Shown: in pieces, positions 61,501 to 64,000 of the stretch
Layout of the letters: every line of letters starts with the position of its first letter
Numbering within the stretch: the stretch's first letter is position 1
Translations under genes and position numbers: made by a program
Assembly: GCF_000143415.4 (NCBI RefSeq)
Contig: NW_003314262.1
Location: forward strand, 1,929,046-1,993,045
Length of the DNA: 64,000 bases
Origin: Selaginella moellendorffii
Taxonomy: Eukaryota > Plantae > Lycopodiophyta
Reading direction: 5' to 3'
The notes under the pieces: model-generated
Told to the model about the DNA's origin: nothing
The model's input: only the letters and a program-made list of their open reading frames with translations
The model's database searches: none

Positions 61501-64000
61501 CAACGATCTATAATCAAAATGGCGTGAGGCCTCACGTGACCTTACCTTGTGCAGGTTGTGAGCTCGGCCCAACATGGGTATCTTCAACAGTAGTTGTTAA
61601 CGCCATTTCAGCATCTGGGGGTGGCCACGCTCCTGCATACAGAGCTTGTGAGATAACATTTAAACTTAAAGTGCGTACTCACCAGGTTCGCGGAGAAGAT
61701 ACTGGTTTTCTTTGGCAACTGTAATTATATGCTCCATTGAAGTCACCTCTTCAATGGAGTTTGTCACCGCAACACACGGGACACCCTTGAGTAGTGCGGC
61801 TCGAAAGAATAGTCCGCCGCAGTTGTACTCGACAACGCATTTGCCCTTGGAGTCGGAAGTAGGTGACCCACCCGCTATTGCGTTGAAGACCCAGCTGAGC
61901 ATTTCCCATGCTGCACCTGGAGCTTTCTTTGGATTCGAAAGCTCCATAGCCGTCTTCAGTTCCTCAGGCACGGGTAAATTGACCTCCCTCAGATCAATTC
62001 GATTGGCCTTGTCGAACGAAGCTAGGAAGTCACTCCAGTCCCACTCTGCTGCAGGACCAATAACAAGGGCGAGTGTGAAGATGCGGACATTCGTTGGTAT
62101 CTTCTTCTTAGCCATTATCCCATGGATCTCCCGCATCTCCTTGCCTTTCAACCGAGCCTTCACCTCGTTCAAGGCCTTCTAGAACTTGTGATAGGATTCG
62201 GAGTCGTAGATCATACAGTGGACTGAAGATTCCACCTCTGCAAGTCCCACCATTAAGTTAATGATGGAGCTGACTTCGTTTGCATGAGTGATCTCCTCGT
62301 TTGTGAAGTACATCACACAAAAGATGTTCTTGACCTGCTCATCTCCGCAGGAAACGATGCTCCTCCACCTTTGATCCTCATCCGAATTCAAGTATACCCG
62401 GTAAGGTTCTCGATAGGCCTCTGCTGCGGGGTCGAGCTGTTTCTGAAGCTGGCGGTCGACATCACTCTTAATGAAATTTGGATACTGATCCAACTTCTCA
62501 GCTTTACTTTTCGTGGCATCCCGCAGCAGATCGATGAACTTGGGGGCCCCCTTCACGTACTCGTCGATGTCTTCATTTGACAAATCCAGCGCTTCCATCA
62601 TCTCTTGCATGGTGTCGATGCTCACCCTCTCCACGGCCACTTGCTCGAAGATCCAATCCTTCAATAGCGCACGAGCTCTCAGAGTCGTGCACAAGTCCTC
62701 GTATGTCACAATATGGCCGGGAGTCATTTTGGTCTTGTTGAAGACTACCTCACCACGTAGAAGAGCATTAGCCACTATCAGAAGGTCGTTGTCGTCTAGA
62801 GACCGCGAGAAACGCAAGGCGTTGAGCTTCAAATCATTGGGCTTCCGGCCGTCCTCCACACCCATTGAGTTTGGCAACTCCCCGTCATGGTACCTCCTCA
62901 GCACATCTACCCATTTGTCATAAACAACTTTTGTCGCGAGTAGAATGTTATGGATGCTGAGTGTGTCATTGACCCCCAGTGTTTTTGAGAGAAGACTCGA
63001 GAATTCCTACAATGGAAATGGCGTGAGGCCACATGCTATGCCACATGCAACGAGGCTTACCTGCCAGGCGCTAGTTGCTAGTGCACGTCCTTGTCCTGGT
63101 TTTTGTGGCTTCTTCAGTTGAACCCAGAGCTTCCGTGTTCGTCCCAATGTCTTGTGCAGACCCGATTTGTAACACATTTCTTGCTTGACATTCTGCGTGT
63201 GGGAGATGTATATGATAGATCGGAGGGGCGAGTTGCCTTTTATCAGGCGGACAACTCTTGTCTTGAAGACTTTCTTCACCTCCTCACCCACCATAATATC
63301 CACAACTATCTCTTGCATCGCCAAGCTAGAATGCTGCCCGGAGACGGCATAGAACCGGATGTTCTGATCGTCCAACACCTTCCTATTGATCAAGTCTGGA
63401 AACCTCGTCTCGCCCTTCATTGTTCGGTAGTAGGGGATCACGTCTGCGATGTCGGGTGTTACTGGACTTGCCAGCATCTTCTGCTTCAGTTTCTCCACCC
63501 ACTCATCAGATACTAGCCTGTGGTTGTATTTGCTTTGGATGTCGATACGGCTCACGTCGATTGTATATACTTTGTTGGAATAGTAACAAGTACTATTATC
63601 TGTGACGATTTTTGCTGCCTCTTCTTGCTCTTTCTGCTCTTTGCGGCTCTTCTTTTTGGTGGGTGTAGTGTTCGAACCCGAGGCAATGGCATCACCGAGT
63701 AGCTTCTTTTTTGGAGGAGAGTCGGACGTCGGCTTGAGTTTGACCACCCTTTTCTGCTTCGGGGTAGTTTCCAGATTGACCCCCTTCCCCTTCGCTTCGC
63801 GAACTGGAGGCACTCTCAACGGCTCAATGTTGGAATATAGTTTTTGAACATCGCCGTAGGTGAGGTCTGTGGATTCCATGTGATCTTCATAGACCCGCAG
63901 CGTCTTTGAAATTGTGGGCTTCCTGGAAAACCTCTCCCTAGCTTCCTCTAGGAATTCCTCATAGCCGCTGCCCCCCTCCTAGAAGCCGCTAGGATGTGCA
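58557..64000 (-). mobile_element. Sola1-like DNA transposon, copy 2 (inverted; runs off the window end)
   Basis: Starts with TIR aagctctatttcgttaaagtggga; reverse-complement colinear with 8244-13337, plus extra 5' cargo sequence at 63511-64000. Confidence 0.9.
58998..64000 (-). pseudogene. Cargo gene copy 2 (ParB-like/MTase-like/FCP1-like), retaining more N-terminal sequence
   Basis: ORFs 63007-63879, 62179-62904, 61666-62172, 60810-61208, 59865-60386, 59539-59754, 58998-59519; same intron positions as copy 1; stops at 62179, 60810, 59865; deletion plus 29-bp duplication at 59522-59579. Confidence 0.8.

Overview
Repeat-dense eukaryotic DNA, probably from a lycophyte such as Selaginella (inferred from the PLS-class PPR gene, 45-57 nt introns and a Tat-type retroelement with an extra RNase H between protease and RT). 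Most of the window is nested LTR retrotransposons: a Tat-like element (622-16410), chromovirus-like copies, and two non-coding LARD-like elements with intact TSDs. Three things stand out. (1) Two copies of a Sola1-like DDD DNA transposon (5275-13337 with ~24-bp TIRs and a 4-bp AAAA TSD; 58557->64000, inverted). It carries a divergently transcribed 10-exon cargo gene that appears to encode ParB/Srx-like + DNA amino-methyltransferase-like + acidic linker + FCP1/HAD phosphatase-like domains, each with a degenerate catalytic motif. A 22-bp palindrome (ATGGCRTG-N6-CAYGCCAT) recurs along the element, several times inside cargo introns, which suggests a self-recognition system of ParB/parS or VANC type. 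(2) A chromovirus whose integrase is interrupted by two canonical, frame-breaking spliceosomal introns. (3) A PPR gene split in two by a ~20.7-kb inversion. All domain calls come from reading motifs by eye, not from database searches.
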